Shown one piece after another: positions 29,631 to 42,860 of a stretch of 64,000 bases of DNA (positions are counted from its first letter, which is position 1; every line of letters begins with the position of its first letter). The notes below the pieces were generated by a model that saw only the letters and a program-made list of their open reading frames with translations, had not been told where the DNA came from and ran no database searches. Location: the NCBI RefSeq assembly GCF_009914755.1, contig NC_060947.1; one strand, written 5' to 3'. This stretch comes from the human T2T-CHM13v2.0 reference genome, Homo sapiens. The translations under genes were made by a program, and so were the position numbers.

Positions 29631-32069
29631 CAGGCATACCTCTGAGATATTGTGGGTTGAGTTCCAGACTACCACAATAAAGTAAATATCACAATAAAGT
29701 GAGTTAAACAAGGTTTTTGCCTTCCCAGTGCATACAAAAGTACTAGACTACACTGTACTGTAGTCTAGTAAGTATGCAATAGCATTATTTCTAAAAAATG
29801 TCCACACCATAATTTAAAAATACTTTATTACTTAAAAATGCTTACAATCATCTGAGTCTTTAGTGAGTTATAATCTTTTTGCTGATGGAGGATCTTGCCT
29901 CAATGTTAATAGCTGCTGACTGGTCAGGGTGGTGGTTGCTGAACGTTGGGGTGGCTGTGACAATTTCTTAAAATAAGACAACAAAGAAGTTTGCCACATT
30001 GATTAATTCTTCCTTTCATGAAATATTTCTCTGTAGTATGTGATGCTGTTTGATAGCATTTTACACAGAGTAGAGCTTTCAAAATTGGAGTCAATCCTTT
30101 CTCCATCCCTGCTCCTACTTTATCAACTGTTTATATAATATTCTAAATCTTTTATTGTCAATTCAACAATGTTCACAGCATCTTCACCAGAAGTAGATTT
30201 CATCTCAAGAAACAACTTTATTTGACCACTCATAAGAAGCAACTCTTTATCCATTAAAGTTTTATTACTATATGGCAGTAATTCAATTACATTTTCAGGC
30301 TTCACTTCTAATTCTAGTTTTCTTGCTATCTCAACTACATCTGCAGTTATGTCCTTTATTGAAGTCTTGAACCCCTCAAAGTCATCCATGAAAGTTGGAA
30401 TTAACTTCTTTCACAGTCCCGTTAATGTGATATTAACTCCTGATATTAACAGGAGTTTAATCATCAAGAGTTAACATCACATTAACAGAAGTTTGAAAGA
30501 AGTTAATTCCAACTCTCATGTGATATTAAAATGGTGAATTCTTTCCAAAAGGTTTTCAACTTACTTTGCCAGATCAGAGAATCAGAAGCAGCTATCACCT
30601 TATAAAATGTAGCTTTTAAATAATAGGACTTGAAAGTCAAAATTACTTCTTGATCCATGGACTGCAGAGTAGATGTACTGTCAGAAGGCATGAAAATAAC
30701 ATGAACCTCCTTGTACATCTCCATCAGAGCTCTTGGGTTATCAGGTGCATTGTAAGTGAGCAGTAATATTTTGAAAGGGATCTTTTTTCTGAGCAATAGG
30801 TCTCAACAGTGGGTTTAAAATATTCAGTAAGCCATGCTGTAAACAGATGTGTTGTCATCCAGGCTTTGTTTCTCCATTTATAGAGCACAGGCAGAGTAGA
30901 TTTTGCACAATTCTTAAGGACCCTAGGATTTTCACAATGGTAAATGAGCACTGGCTTTAACATAAAGTCACTAGCTGCGTTATCCCCTCACAAGAGCCCC
31001 TTCAAAGAATTCTTTGAAGCTTTGAAGCCAGGCATTGACTTCTCTCTAGCTATGAAAATTTTAGATGACACCTTCCAATAGAATGCTGTTTCACAAACAT
31101 TGAAAATATGTTGTTTAGGGTAGTCAGATTCATCAACAATCCTAGCTAGATCTTCTGGATAATTTGCTGTAGCTTCTCCATCAGCACTTGCTGCTTTACC
31201 TTTCACTTTTATGTTATGAGATGACTTCTTTCCTTAAGCCTATGAATTAACCTTTGCTAGCTTCAAACTTTTATTCTGCAGCTGCCTCACCTCTCTCAGC
31301 CTTCATAGAATTAAAAAGAGTTAGGGCTTTGCTCTGGTTTAGACTTTGGCTTAAGGAAATGTTGTGGCTGGTTTGAACTTCTACCCAGACAACTCAAATT
31401 TTCTCCATATCACCAATAAGGCTGTTTTACTTTCTTATCATTTGTGTGTTCACTGGAGTAGCACTTGCAATTTCCTTCAAGAACTTTTCCTTTGCACTCA
31501 CAACTTGGCTGTTTGGTGCAAGAGGTCTAGTTTTCAGCTTATCTTGACTTTTGACATGCTTTTCTCACTAAGCTTAATCATTTCTAGCTTTTGATATAAA
31601 GTGAGACACATGACTCTCTTTCTTTCACTTTAACACTTAGAGGCCATTGTATGGTTATTAATTAACCTAATTTCAAAATTATCATGTCTCAGGGAAGAGG
31701 GAGGCCTGAAAAGAGGGAGAGATACCAGGCAATGGCCGATCAGTGGAGCAGTCAGAATATAGACAACATTTATTAAGTTCTCCGTCTTATATGGGCATTG
31801 TTTGTGGCACCCCAACACAATCGTAAGAGTAACATTAAACATCACTGACCACAGATCACCATAACAGACAATAATTATAAAAACATTTAAAATATTGCAA
31901 GAATTACTAAAATGTAATGACATAAGGAGACATGAAGTGAGCATGTACTTTTGGAAAAATAGCACCAATCAACTTGCTTCATGTAGGGTTGCCACAAACC
32001 TTGAATTTGTAAAAATGCAATATCTGTGAAGTGCAATTTAGTGAAGTATAAAAAAACAAGGTATGCCTG
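29631..32069 (-). mobile_element. Full-length Tigger1 (TcMar/pogo) DNA transposon with decayed transposase
   Basis: TIRs caggcatacc (29631) / ggtatgcctg (32069); TA at left, TG at right; 2439 bp; transposase pieces 30988..31206 ([12 protein letters not shown]), 30724..30963 (KAWMTTHLF), 30503..30796 ([16 protein letters not shown]), 30123..30389. Confidence 0.95.
30387..30520. repeat. Inverted repeat: 58-bp arms (30387-30444, 30463-30520) with an 18-nt spacer
   Basis: Reverse complement of the right arm matches the left arm at 51/58 positions by manual alignment. Confidence 0.95.
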
Positions 32070-34372
32070 TGTTATATTTTAGCATTCATTGCTAGTACAT
32101 AGAAGTACAATTGGGTTTTTCATGTTTACCTAGTATCCTGTAATAGCACTCACTATTAGTTCTAGGAATTTTGTAGGGGTCTTTTTGTTTGGTTGTTTTT
32201 GTTTTGTAGATGTCTTGGGATTTTCTGTGTAGATAATCATGTAATCTGCAAATAGGGGCTGCTTTTTTTCTTCCTTTATAATTTGTGCAACTGTTATTTC
32301 CTTTTCTTGTTTTATTGAACTAGCTAGAACTACCAGCACTACATGAATAAGAGTGATGTGAGTGGACATTCTCACCTTGTTCTTGATCTTAGCGGGTAGT
32401 GCATTCAAGTTTTCACCCTTGAGTATAATGCTAGCTATGGTTTTCTGTAGATGTCTTTTACCAAGTTGAGGAAGTTCCTCTGTATTCCCATTTTTCTGAG
32501 AGTTTTTATCATGAATGTATGGTGAATTTTTTCAAATACTTTATCTGCATCAATTGATTTGATCCTATGATCTTTATTCTTTAGCTGTTAATATGGTGGA
32601 TTACATTCATTACCTTCATATTTGAGAACTGAACCAGGCTTGCACACCTGAAATAAGCCCCACTTGATCATGGTATAATTCTTTTTATATATTGCTGAAT
32701 TCTGTTTGCTACTATTGTGTTGAGGATTTTGTGTCTACATTCATTCATGATATTGGTCAGTAGTTTTCTTTTTTATAGTCTTTGTCTGCTTTTAATCTCA
32801 TGGTAATACTAGCTTTATAAAATGAATTGGAAAGTATTGCCTAGTCTTTCATTTTCTAGAAAAAGTTGTGTAGAATTGGCATTAATTCTCCTTTAAATAT
32901 TTGGTATTATTCTCCAGTGAAATCATCTAGGCCTGGAGATTTCTTCTGGGAAGATTTTAAAATTACAGATCCAATTTTCTAAATAGTTATAGGGCTATTT
33001 GAATTTTCTGTTTCATGTTGGGTTAGTTATGATAGTTTGTGTATTTTTGAAGAATTGATCTGTTTTATCTAAGCTGTCAAATTTATGCCTATAAAGTTGT
33101 TCATAGCATTTCCATTTTTTTAAATGTTTGCAGAGTCTACAGTTATATGCCTTGTTTCATTCTTGATATTGGTAATTGGTATCTTCTCTCTTTTTTTCTT
33201 TGTGAGTCTTGCTAGATGTTTGTCAATTTTAGTGATCTTTTTGAAAAGTAAGCTCTTCATTTTGTTAATTTTTCTATTATTCTTCTGTTTTCAATTTTAT
33301 TGATTTCTCTATCATTTTCTTCCTTCTGCTTGCTTTGGGGTTATTTTCCTGTTATTTTTCTAGATTCTTGAGATGGAAGTTTAGATTATTCATGTAAGAT
33401 GTTTCCTCTTTTCTAATGTTAGTATTTAATGCTATAAATTTCCCTCTGCACTGCTTTAGCTATGCCCCACAAATCTTGACATTTATTTTTCTTTTCATTC
33501 AGTTCAATATATTTTTCAATTTCCCTCAAGATTTCATCTTTGACCCATGGATTATTTAGAAGTGGTTTGTTTCATTTCCAAGTGTTTGCACATTTTCCTG
33601 TTGTCATTCTGTTATTTCTAGATTAATTACATCAAGGTCAGAGAAAACACTGTATCATTTCAATTCTTTTAAATTTATTAATTTTTGTCTTATAGCCCAG
33701 GATGTGGTTTATTTTACTATATATTCCATGCACACTTGGGAAGATTGTGTACCTGCTTTTGTTGAGTGGGGTGCTCTCTAAATGCCCACTAGATTCTGTT
33801 GGCTGATGGTGTTATTGAATTCTTGTATATTCTTATTGATTTTCCATGTAGTTATTCTATCAGCCATTGGGATAGGAGTGTTGAAATCTCCAACTATATT
33901 TATCAATTTGTCTATTTCTCCTTTCAGCTCTATCACTTTTTGCTTCATGCCTTGTGAGGTTCTTTTGTTTAGTGCATGTGCACTCAGGTTTGTTATGGCT
34001 TCCTGGTGGACAGATCTTTCTATCATTGTATAATGTCACTCTTTTTCTCTAGTAATTTTTATTTGATCTGAAGTTGCTTTATCAGATATTAATATAGCCA
34101 CTTCTTTTTTACATTAGCATCTGTATGGTTTATCTTTTTTGCATTCTTTTACTTTCAACCTACCTATGTCACTAAATTTGAAGTGAGTTTCTTAAAAGTA
34201 GAATATAGTTGGGCTATGTTTCTTTTTAATCCCCTCTGCCCGTCTCTGTTCTTTGATTGTTATATTTTCATAATTTATATTTAAGGTAATTCTTGATATG
34301 TTAGTGCTTAATTAAGTTTCCCATTTTATTGTTTGTTTTCTATCTCCATTAGGTCTCTTTTCTCTTTGTTCA

Positions 34373-34396
34373 GTGTGTGTGTGTGTGTGTGTGTGT
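34373..34396. repeat. (GT)n microsatellite
   Basis: About 12 GT units. Confidence 0.95.
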
Positions 34397-35250
34397 AACA
34401 GTGTTAAGATTCTTTTTTACTTATGTTAGTATTTTTGGGTGTATGTCTCTTTATAGTTTTGTAGTGATTGCTCTGAGTATTAATATACACGTATGTGACT
34501 TGTAACAATCTACTTTTTAATCAGCATTTTGCCACTTTACATGAAGTGTGGAAATCTCACTTCAATTCAGGTTCTTTTACCTTCACCACTTATAAATATT
34601 ATTGCCTTGAGTATCATATTGTGCTAAAAATTTTGTTTCAATCATTAAACTCGATTTATAAAACTCATCAGAGAAAGCATAGTCTATTTTATTACCTATA
34701 TTCCTGCTCTTCTGCTGTTCCTGAGACTCTACAGTTCCTTCTTTTACCATTTCCTGTCTGTTTGAAGAACCTCCTTTAGTCAATTTTTTATGGATAAGAC
34801 TTCTAACAGGTTTTCTTAGTTTTCTTTTATTTAAGATCATTTTTATTTTCCCTTCATTTCTGAATGGTCATTTTGCTGGATGTAGAATTCACAGTTGGCA
34901 TTGAGGCCTCCGTGATTTCAGATAAGAAATCCCTTGCCATTCAAAGTGGTGTTCCTATACATATAATGTATTATTTTTCTTGGACTGCTTTCAAGATTTT
35001 TTTTTTTCCTTTAGTTTTCAAAAGTTTAATTATAATATGTCAGGACATATATTTATTTGAGATTATCCTATTTTGGATTTATTCAACTTCTTGGTGTCTT
35101 TTGCCAAATTTGGGGAGTTTTCAGCCATTATTTCACAATATGCCATATCTAAGAGTGTTTTGCCTACCAGTTTATCTTTGAATCACGCCTGGTACATAGT
35201 TGATGCTCTCTACAGTCATCAAACGAATTAACGGATGGATAAATGATTGA

Positions 35251-35606
<356 letters not shown>

Positions 35607-37269
35607 AGAGCTGACCTGGTTTTATTCATCTAGTTATAGGTATAATCCTAAGTGTAATGCTCAAGGAGCTAACAATCTCTTTTGTCCTTGGTTATTTGCA
35701 TCTTCACATTCCTGAAGCATTTAACCTCATGTACTGGTTGAGAAGAATGAACGTAATGGGGGATGTCATGAGGACTCTGGAAATTTCAGGAATCAAGGGA
35801 GGGACTCAAGTGGCATAGAGAGCAGTCCTGGGAGACTAAAATTACCAGGGCCCTACTTTGGCATCTACACTGTTTTGTCCTCACTATTTGTATCCTTTAA
35901 AATATATCCATTAAAAATCATCATTGGAGTAAACATGGATAAATTCTTAGACATGTCTTTGGATAGAAAATTAAATATGTTTCCAGATGCCCAGAAAGAC
36001 AGCATTCCCGGCACTGTGTTCCAGCAGTCACTCCTAGCTATAGTTTATACGACTGAGAAATAATACTTTGAGCATCCATTTCAGGTTGGGCTAGAAACAG
36101 CAACACACTTATATTTGATTTCCAAGCCAACAGTGAACCAAAGGTTTGATCAATAGATTTTGCCAGAGGCAGAAGCAAGTTTACTGTGATAGTTTATTGA
36201 AAAAAATCTCCCCTTTGTGCTAAATGCATCACTTGGTTATATGTGTTTCTCTTGTTTTCATAGTTTCCTCTTCTTTCTTCCTTTCTTTCTTTTTTTCTTC
36301 TTCTCAAATAAGGGCTACTTGCATACACAGAATACATCACAAATAAACAATTTTTGTTCAGTTAGCATCAATTTAACTCTAATTTTAATCAAAATGTATT
36401 TAGACAAGAGCTATATATTTTCTAAGTGAATTTAAATGTACTGAAAAACAAAACAAATGATAACGCGCCAAATAATATGCCCGTATTCCAGTGAACATAA
36501 TTTAATGGAATTTTCCTCAGTTGGCAGCTGGATTGACTTATAATCCTCGCTGTGGTAAGGTTTTTCAAAGCACAGCCAGAAACCTGTGGTCCTTTACCAC
36601 TTGGGACCAGTTAAACATTCCTGATTTGTGACCATTTTCCAAATGACTTGGAGAAATTTAACCAGGCTGCAGCAGTGTGAAGACCAGGAGTCTCCTGGGA
36701 AGGCTGTGGCTGTTATTGCCCGCAGGTCAGCCTAAACCTAGCTCCAGGCCCACACAAGTCATTCCCACACTTCCAATACTACTTGGGGTACAAAACGGGA
36801 CCTTAGGGCAGAGGAGTGAGGATGTATGGCCAGTTTCAGGCTCTGTCCACAAGAATATATCACAGCCTAGAATTTTAGCCCAATTCTGAGCATGGTCAGA
36901 GGGCTTTTCATGTTCAGCATAATTCTAGGTGAGAGAGCCAGAATAAAGGAAAGCCACAACCACAGTGGGAATGGTGTTGTTTAAGATAGAAATATTTAAT
37001 GTTTTCAGAAAGACTGAGGTTATTTCGTGTCCCTGTTAAGTGGTCTTCAAAGTTGTTGGTTTGGTTAATATGCTTTTTTTATTTGGATGAAATATTGGCT
37101 TTGTTTGCCAAATGATTGCCTAATCATATGGTATTTTGCCTTCTAAAATGGCCAGAAAGTTTTGTTTTGCCGCTTCTTTATTTGCTTTATATACCTGATC
37201 CTTAGTGAAGTCGAATTGTTTCAGGGATTTACATGAATAATTATAATGAGGAGTCACCTCTGTTGGTGA

Positions 37270-38150
37270 CATAAATCGCACTTTTTTTCTTAGTTTTTCA
37301 TATGCTTTTGGAATTGATGATTACTTTTTCAAGCAGAAATGTTTGCTTTTTAGGTAGGCAAGTGTATCAGTTTTTAATGTTATTGTTTCTGGATTTGGAC
37401 GTTTAAAAGACCCTTCCCAATCCGAGATGATCAAATAATTTCTCCATGTTTTCTTCTAGCACTTACAGTGTTTCGTTTACATCCTTGATCTATTTAGAAT
37501 TTATGCCAGTAGATTGTGTAGGTTATAAATCAAACGTTATTGTTTTCCAGATGGTTACCAAGCTTTTCCAAAATATTTTGTTGAATATCTATTTTTCAGC
37601 ACTGATTTGAGAGGCTACTTGTATCATATATTAAACTGTTGTATGTAGTTGAGTCTATTTCTGTTCCTTTTGCTTGTCTTAATATAATATCTATGCATTA
37701 ATATTACATTGTTTTAATATTGAGGTTTTTATGATGGTAGAGATGGTCTTCACTACTTTATCACTTGACTAAATTTTCCTGGTTACTTTAGCTTTTTTTA
37801 AAATTTTTCCATATGAGCTTTACAGTGACCTTGTCTACTTTTTACCAACATCACAAAAAATAAATAAGTAAATAAAATATGCTGCAATTTGTATTGCTAT
37901 CACATTGAATTTATGAACAAACTTAAAGAGAATGTATATCTGGTGTAAATTGAGTTTTCCTAACCAAGAAGATGAGTTGTTTTTCTAATCATTTCTTTTG
38001 TGTACTTCAAAAGTGACTTAAATTATTCTTCACATAAATTTTTGATACTTCTTGGTAAATATAATCCTGTGCTTTTTTAATGCTATTGTTGCTATTGTGA
38101 AGGTGGTCTTCTCCTACACGATAAATTCTAACTAGTTGTTATTTAAGCAC
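37270..38150 (-). mobile_element. Highly degraded L1ME-type fragment
   Basis: T-rich L1 ORF2 antisense text (tttcttctagcact, gttttccagatggttaccaagc, cacattgaatttatg). Confidence 0.55.
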
Positions 38151-38624
38151 AAAAATTCGTATGTGCTCAAATCTTGTAGCTTTCTTTAGATGGAAATTTC
38201 TGAGATATTGCAGAAATTTGACTGTGATTCAGAGATACCTCTATTTACAAATGCCTCAATAATAAAGTCATTTTACTATAGTATACTATGCTAAATCAAT
38301 TTACCTGGCAATTTGGCAGTCCATAAATAAAGCTTTAAAAATGTGCATGCTCTTTGATTTATACATGTGTGCTTACAGACCATAAGAATGGATATGAAGC
38401 TACCAAGATTGGCTGGCTCTAGGTAGTGGGGTTTTGGGAGGGGTTTACATTTCCTTATTTTCTGTTTGTTTGCATGTTTGAATTTTACATAACAAACATG
38501 CATTACTTTTTAAAATGTTTTTTTAATAAAAATTCATCTTCACAAATTATAGAAAAGATGACTATATGCACAGTCACATGTCACCAAAATCCCCTGCTCC
38601 ACACTTTGGATGTGCTCTACTAAG

Positions 38625-38810
38625 TGAGCTGGGCCTGAGTTCTAATCCCATCTCTGCCACCTGCTAGCTTTGTGTGCCCGGACAAGTTACTTAACCTTTC
38701 TGGATGTCAGTATTCTCACCTATAATATGGGGATTGTTGCGAAGTTATAGAAAATATAAGCAACAATATTTAGCACACAAAAAGAATTTTGGTAAAAGGT
38801 AGTTACTACC
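38625..38810 (+). mobile_element. MIR SINE
   Basis: cctgagttctaatcccatctctgccacctgctagctttgtgtgcccggacaagttacttaacc. Confidence 0.85.
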
Positions 38811-39759
38811 GTGAGTCAACAGCATTAGGACAACCCTTGGCAACATCTGAAGTCTGAGCAAGTTTTCCCCTCCCTTTCTTCCCTCTTGGTGACTCCGTTA
38901 TGGCCCCTAAATAACTCTCCATACTCAATAGATAGATTTTTTGCTCTTCATTTCTTCTCCTATCTTTATTCAAAACCCCTTCCTGCTGTCAAAATAGGAC
39001 ATTTACAACTCTTGATTAATTAGCTGAGAGCAAACAGCATTCTCAAGTAAATGTTTAATCTTTTATGTAGAATGAAAAAAAAAACTGTTCTTTACTAAAA
39101 TAATTTCGGGTTAGGGTGATTTTGCTTCTTACACATCCCAGACCAATATTTTATGTTTTTCAGAGTATTTTACATACTATTAATTGGTACTGAGTCACCT
39201 TTGCATCATTTATGATTTATTTTACTTTGGTATGAATCACAGGCCTCACCTGATACTGTTAAATACATCTTCATGCCTCCTGTGTAACTTCTTCCAAGGG
39301 CAGTAACATTTGTGCATACAATATGTGCTGGTCAAAACATATTTTGTTAATAAATACTCCGTTAAAATATGCTTATGTTTAAAATGTGTAATGGGACAAA
39401 AAAGGGTGCTTTAGTGGCACATTTTTATTTTTAATTTCTGTAATTCCGGTTCCATTTGGATCTATGTTATTCAAATGCGTTATTGAGCCTAAACAAAACT
39501 ACAGTGTAGGATTCTTAAAGAAATAGCAAGAAGAGTAATCAACGAATAAAGGCAATTTGAGTGATACTTCAGCACGGTTCGGAACTGGCTGCAGAGGCCA
39601 AATATCAAGGTCACGGAGGCCAGAAAGAAACAAGATTAAGTTCATAAAAAAGACTGTAGACTGTCTCCTTCTGGAAGACTAGAGATGGAGAGGGGAATCT
39701 AGTGTGCTAAATAAAGGCAATTCCAAAGATCTGGAGTCCTGCAGTAATGGTGCTGAACT

Positions 39760-40125
39760 TGATGATGACGTCCCCCAACAAACCCGGGGAAAGAGACCGA
39801 CAGAGGGTGAAGGTGGGGCGGGTCTGCAAGGAGGGCTAAAGCAAGCCGTGTAGAACAGAAAGACACTGAGCAGCAGGCGGCTTTGTCCGCGGGGAGTATG
39901 TGGGGATGTGCCGATGGGAGGAAATGCCCGGCGCCGCTGATACCCTAAAGGACCCCACCCGTCTTCACATGGAAAGGGAATGGCCTTCGAAGGCCAGAAA
40001 CGCCAGCTTTAGGAAGAGAAACAGTGGAGAATGAGGCAAACACTCATAACAAACCGAATTACGTTCCTTAACGATAAACCCAAGACTTACTGGGGGCCTG
40101 TTACATATTTGTGGCGCAGGTGAGG
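39760..40125. promoter_or_regulatory. CpG-enriched unique segment; candidate weak promoter or enhancer
   Basis: About 19 CpG in ~360 bp by hand count; near-CRE TGACGTC 39766-39772; GC box GGGGCGGG 39815-39822; donor CAG|GTGAGG at 40119/40120. Confidence 0.45.
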
Positions 40126-40149
40126 AGTCTTAAAAACCTCAAAGATGGC

Positions 40150-40305
40150 CTTTGTGCCTCAGTTTCCTCGTATATACTGGTGATAAAGAAGACTACACAT
40201 ATCTGATAGAGTTATGAAGATGATTACAGTAGTGTAATCTATGGAAAATGCTCAAAAGAGAGCCTGGCACATAGTAAGTGTTATATGTATTTACTATTAT
40301 TATTC
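40150..40305 (+). mobile_element. MIR SINE
   Basis: tgtgcctcagtttcctc core; gcctggcacatagtaagtg...ctattattatt tail. Confidence 0.8.
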
Positions 40306-41934
40306 TGCCAATAACCCTGCTTTAATTGTAATGTGCACCTTCTAAGGCAAGTTCAAGGGCATTTATGGAGGACAAGAGGATTATCCAATAGCAGAGCAGT
40401 GAAAGAACAAGGTTCTAGGACCACATAATACACAATGACTTCATTACTTTGCTCCAAATTAAGGAAGCTTCCAGCTTCTTGTTAAGTTTAGAAAATTCGT
40501 GATGCTGTTGGTGGATGTTAGGAAGGGAAAAAGGTAGAGAGGGAGGTTGGTGGGAGGCACAGAGCTAAATTGAGTTTTGAAGACCTAGTCTCATATGAAC
40601 CTTATTTTGACTTAAACTCTGTTCAGATAAACTCTTCACACTTTAACTCAGATTTTCCTTTCCTTTCATTTATTCATCATTTGCAACTTTAAAAAAACTG
40701 CATATAGGTATGACCATTTTCATATCCTATTTAACATAGCTCACCCAAGATATCACTGTGCAAATGCCAAGATGGATTCATGGGGCACTTACTGGCCCCT
40801 TCAAAAACAATTATGAAGCAGGCAAGTGGCCTCCACAGACAAACAAGTCAATACTCCTTTTCTTTTTGGGGTTGCTGAACTCCCAGCAGAAGCTATTAAC
40901 AATGAATATTTTTGCATCTCTTTGAGCTGTAAATTGTAAAAGTCTCCCCATATCCCTACTGCTCTCCCAACGTTTGCCTCCTCTGAGCATTATGGCTGAA
41001 AAACCCAACTAGTTAATGGGCTCTGTGTTTCTTTTACTTCCTAAGAGAACAACGCAAACTCTGTGAACCTTATTAGTAACACCAAGCTTGCTGGAAAAAT
41101 AAAGCAGTGTAATTTTAATCCATAATCCACAGCTAAGTATGTCTAAGATGCTTAGCATTATAGCAATTAGTACTTACTCAAGATAATGAAGTCTTGTTCT
41201 AACTCTTCCCTCCCACCCTCCCTTCCTTCCTTCTTTCCTAGAAATAGCTGCTATGGAAATAGGTGGGATCAATACACATTTTTAAAAATAAACTTTTTAT
41301 TTTAGGATAGTTTTAGATTTACAAATTTATTGCAAAGACAGTACGGAAAGTTACCGTACACCCCACACCCAGTGTCTCCTATTATTAATATCTTACATTT
41401 GTATGGCACATTTGTCACAATTAATGAACCAATATTGATGCATTATTATTAATTAAAGTCATGCTCTATTTGGATTGTTTCAGCTTGTCCCTAATGTCCT
41501 TTACTTGTTCCTGCATCCATCCACCACATCATGTCTCCTTAGGATCTTCTTGGCTGTGACAGTTTTTCAGACTTTCCTTGTTTTTGATGACTTTAACAGT
41601 TTTGAGGAATACTGGTCAGGCATTTTGTAGAATATCCATCATTTGGGATTTATTGATGTTTTTCTCATGTTTAGTTTGGTGTTATGGGATTTGGGGAGGA
41701 AAACCACAGAGATGAAGTGCCCTTCTTTTCTCATTATATCATGTCAAGACTCTATACTATCAATAAGACTACTTATCACTGCTGATGACCTTGATCGTCT
41801 GGCTGAGGTAGTGTTTGTCAGGTTTCTCCAATGTAAAGCTACTCATTTATTCCTCCCTCTTCCTACTGTACTCTTTGGAAGTAAGTTACTAGGCTTAACC
41901 CATACTCAAGAGTTAAATAGTTAAGCTCCACCTC

Positions 41935-42193
41935 TTATTTATTTATTTATTCTTCAACTTTTATTTTAAGTTCTGGGGTACATGTGCAGGATGTGCAGTT
42001 TTGTTACATAGGTAAACGTGTGCCATGGTGGTTTGCTGCACAGATCAACTCATCACCTGGGTATTAAACCCAGCGTCCATTAGCTATTCTTCCTGATGCT
42101 GTCCCTCCCCCGACCTCCCCCAAAAGGCCCTGGTTTGTGTTGTTCTCCCCACGTATCTATGTGTTCTCATCACTCAGCTCCCACTTATAAGTG
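41935..42193 (-). mobile_element. 5'-truncated older L1PA 3' UTR fragment
   Basis: ttttaagttctggggtacatgtgcaggatgtgcag...ctcccacttataagtg; TSD taagctccacctc 41922-41934 / 42194-42206. Confidence 0.9.
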
Positions 42194-42569
42194 TAAGCTC
42201 CACCTCATTGAGGGGAATATTTACATAAACTATTTGGAGTTCTTTAGTACAGAAAATGTGTCTATTCTCTTTATTTATTCAATCATTTATTTATATCAGT
42301 GTGGACTTGTAGATGTTTATTTTGTACTTTGGGTTATAATTCAACATTATTTTGTTCCTCAAACCCTGCTCCACCTTTGGCCATTAATAGCTCCTTCAGT
42401 CAAGTAGCTCCTGATCATGGTTTGTTTGTTAGCACTTCCTTACCTTTGTGGCCCTACAAGATGCTTCGGGCTTATTTTGTATATTTCCTGCCCCGTCCTA
42501 AAATCTGCCATTTATCCAAGGATCTTCTGGTTCCTTTCATTGGAGAATGGTTGAGAAATCAAGATCTGG

Positions 42570-42860
42570 GGGCTGGGTGCAGAGTAATCTTTGGAAGGCT
42601 GAGGCAGGAGGATGGCTTGAGCCCAGGAACAGCCTGTGCAACATGGTGAGACCTTGTCTCTAAAATAAATAAATGAATAAAAGATAGCCATGCTTGGTGG
42701 TACTCACCTGTATTCCCAGCTACTCGAGAGGCTGAGGTGGAAGAATTCCTTGAGCCCAGGAGTTTGAGGCTGCAGAGTGGTATGGTCATGCCACTACACT
42801 TCATCTTGGATGACAGAGTAAGACCCTGTCTTTTAAAAAACAAAACAAAAAAAGAAATCA
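42570..42860 (+). mobile_element. AluJ with left-arm deletions
   Basis: gaggatggcttgagcccagg; TSD agaaatcaagatctgg 42554-42569 / 42861-42876. Confidence 0.9.

Noticed and set aside
30123-31400. Domesticated Tigger transposase (TIGD-like gene)
   Set aside because: Fragmented into four or more pieces, catalytic-motif residues altered, and interrupted by the inverted duplication
41050-41160. Possible second CR1-like fragment or small RNA gene
   Set aside because: Similarity too short and weak, and no recognisable RNA-gene boxes
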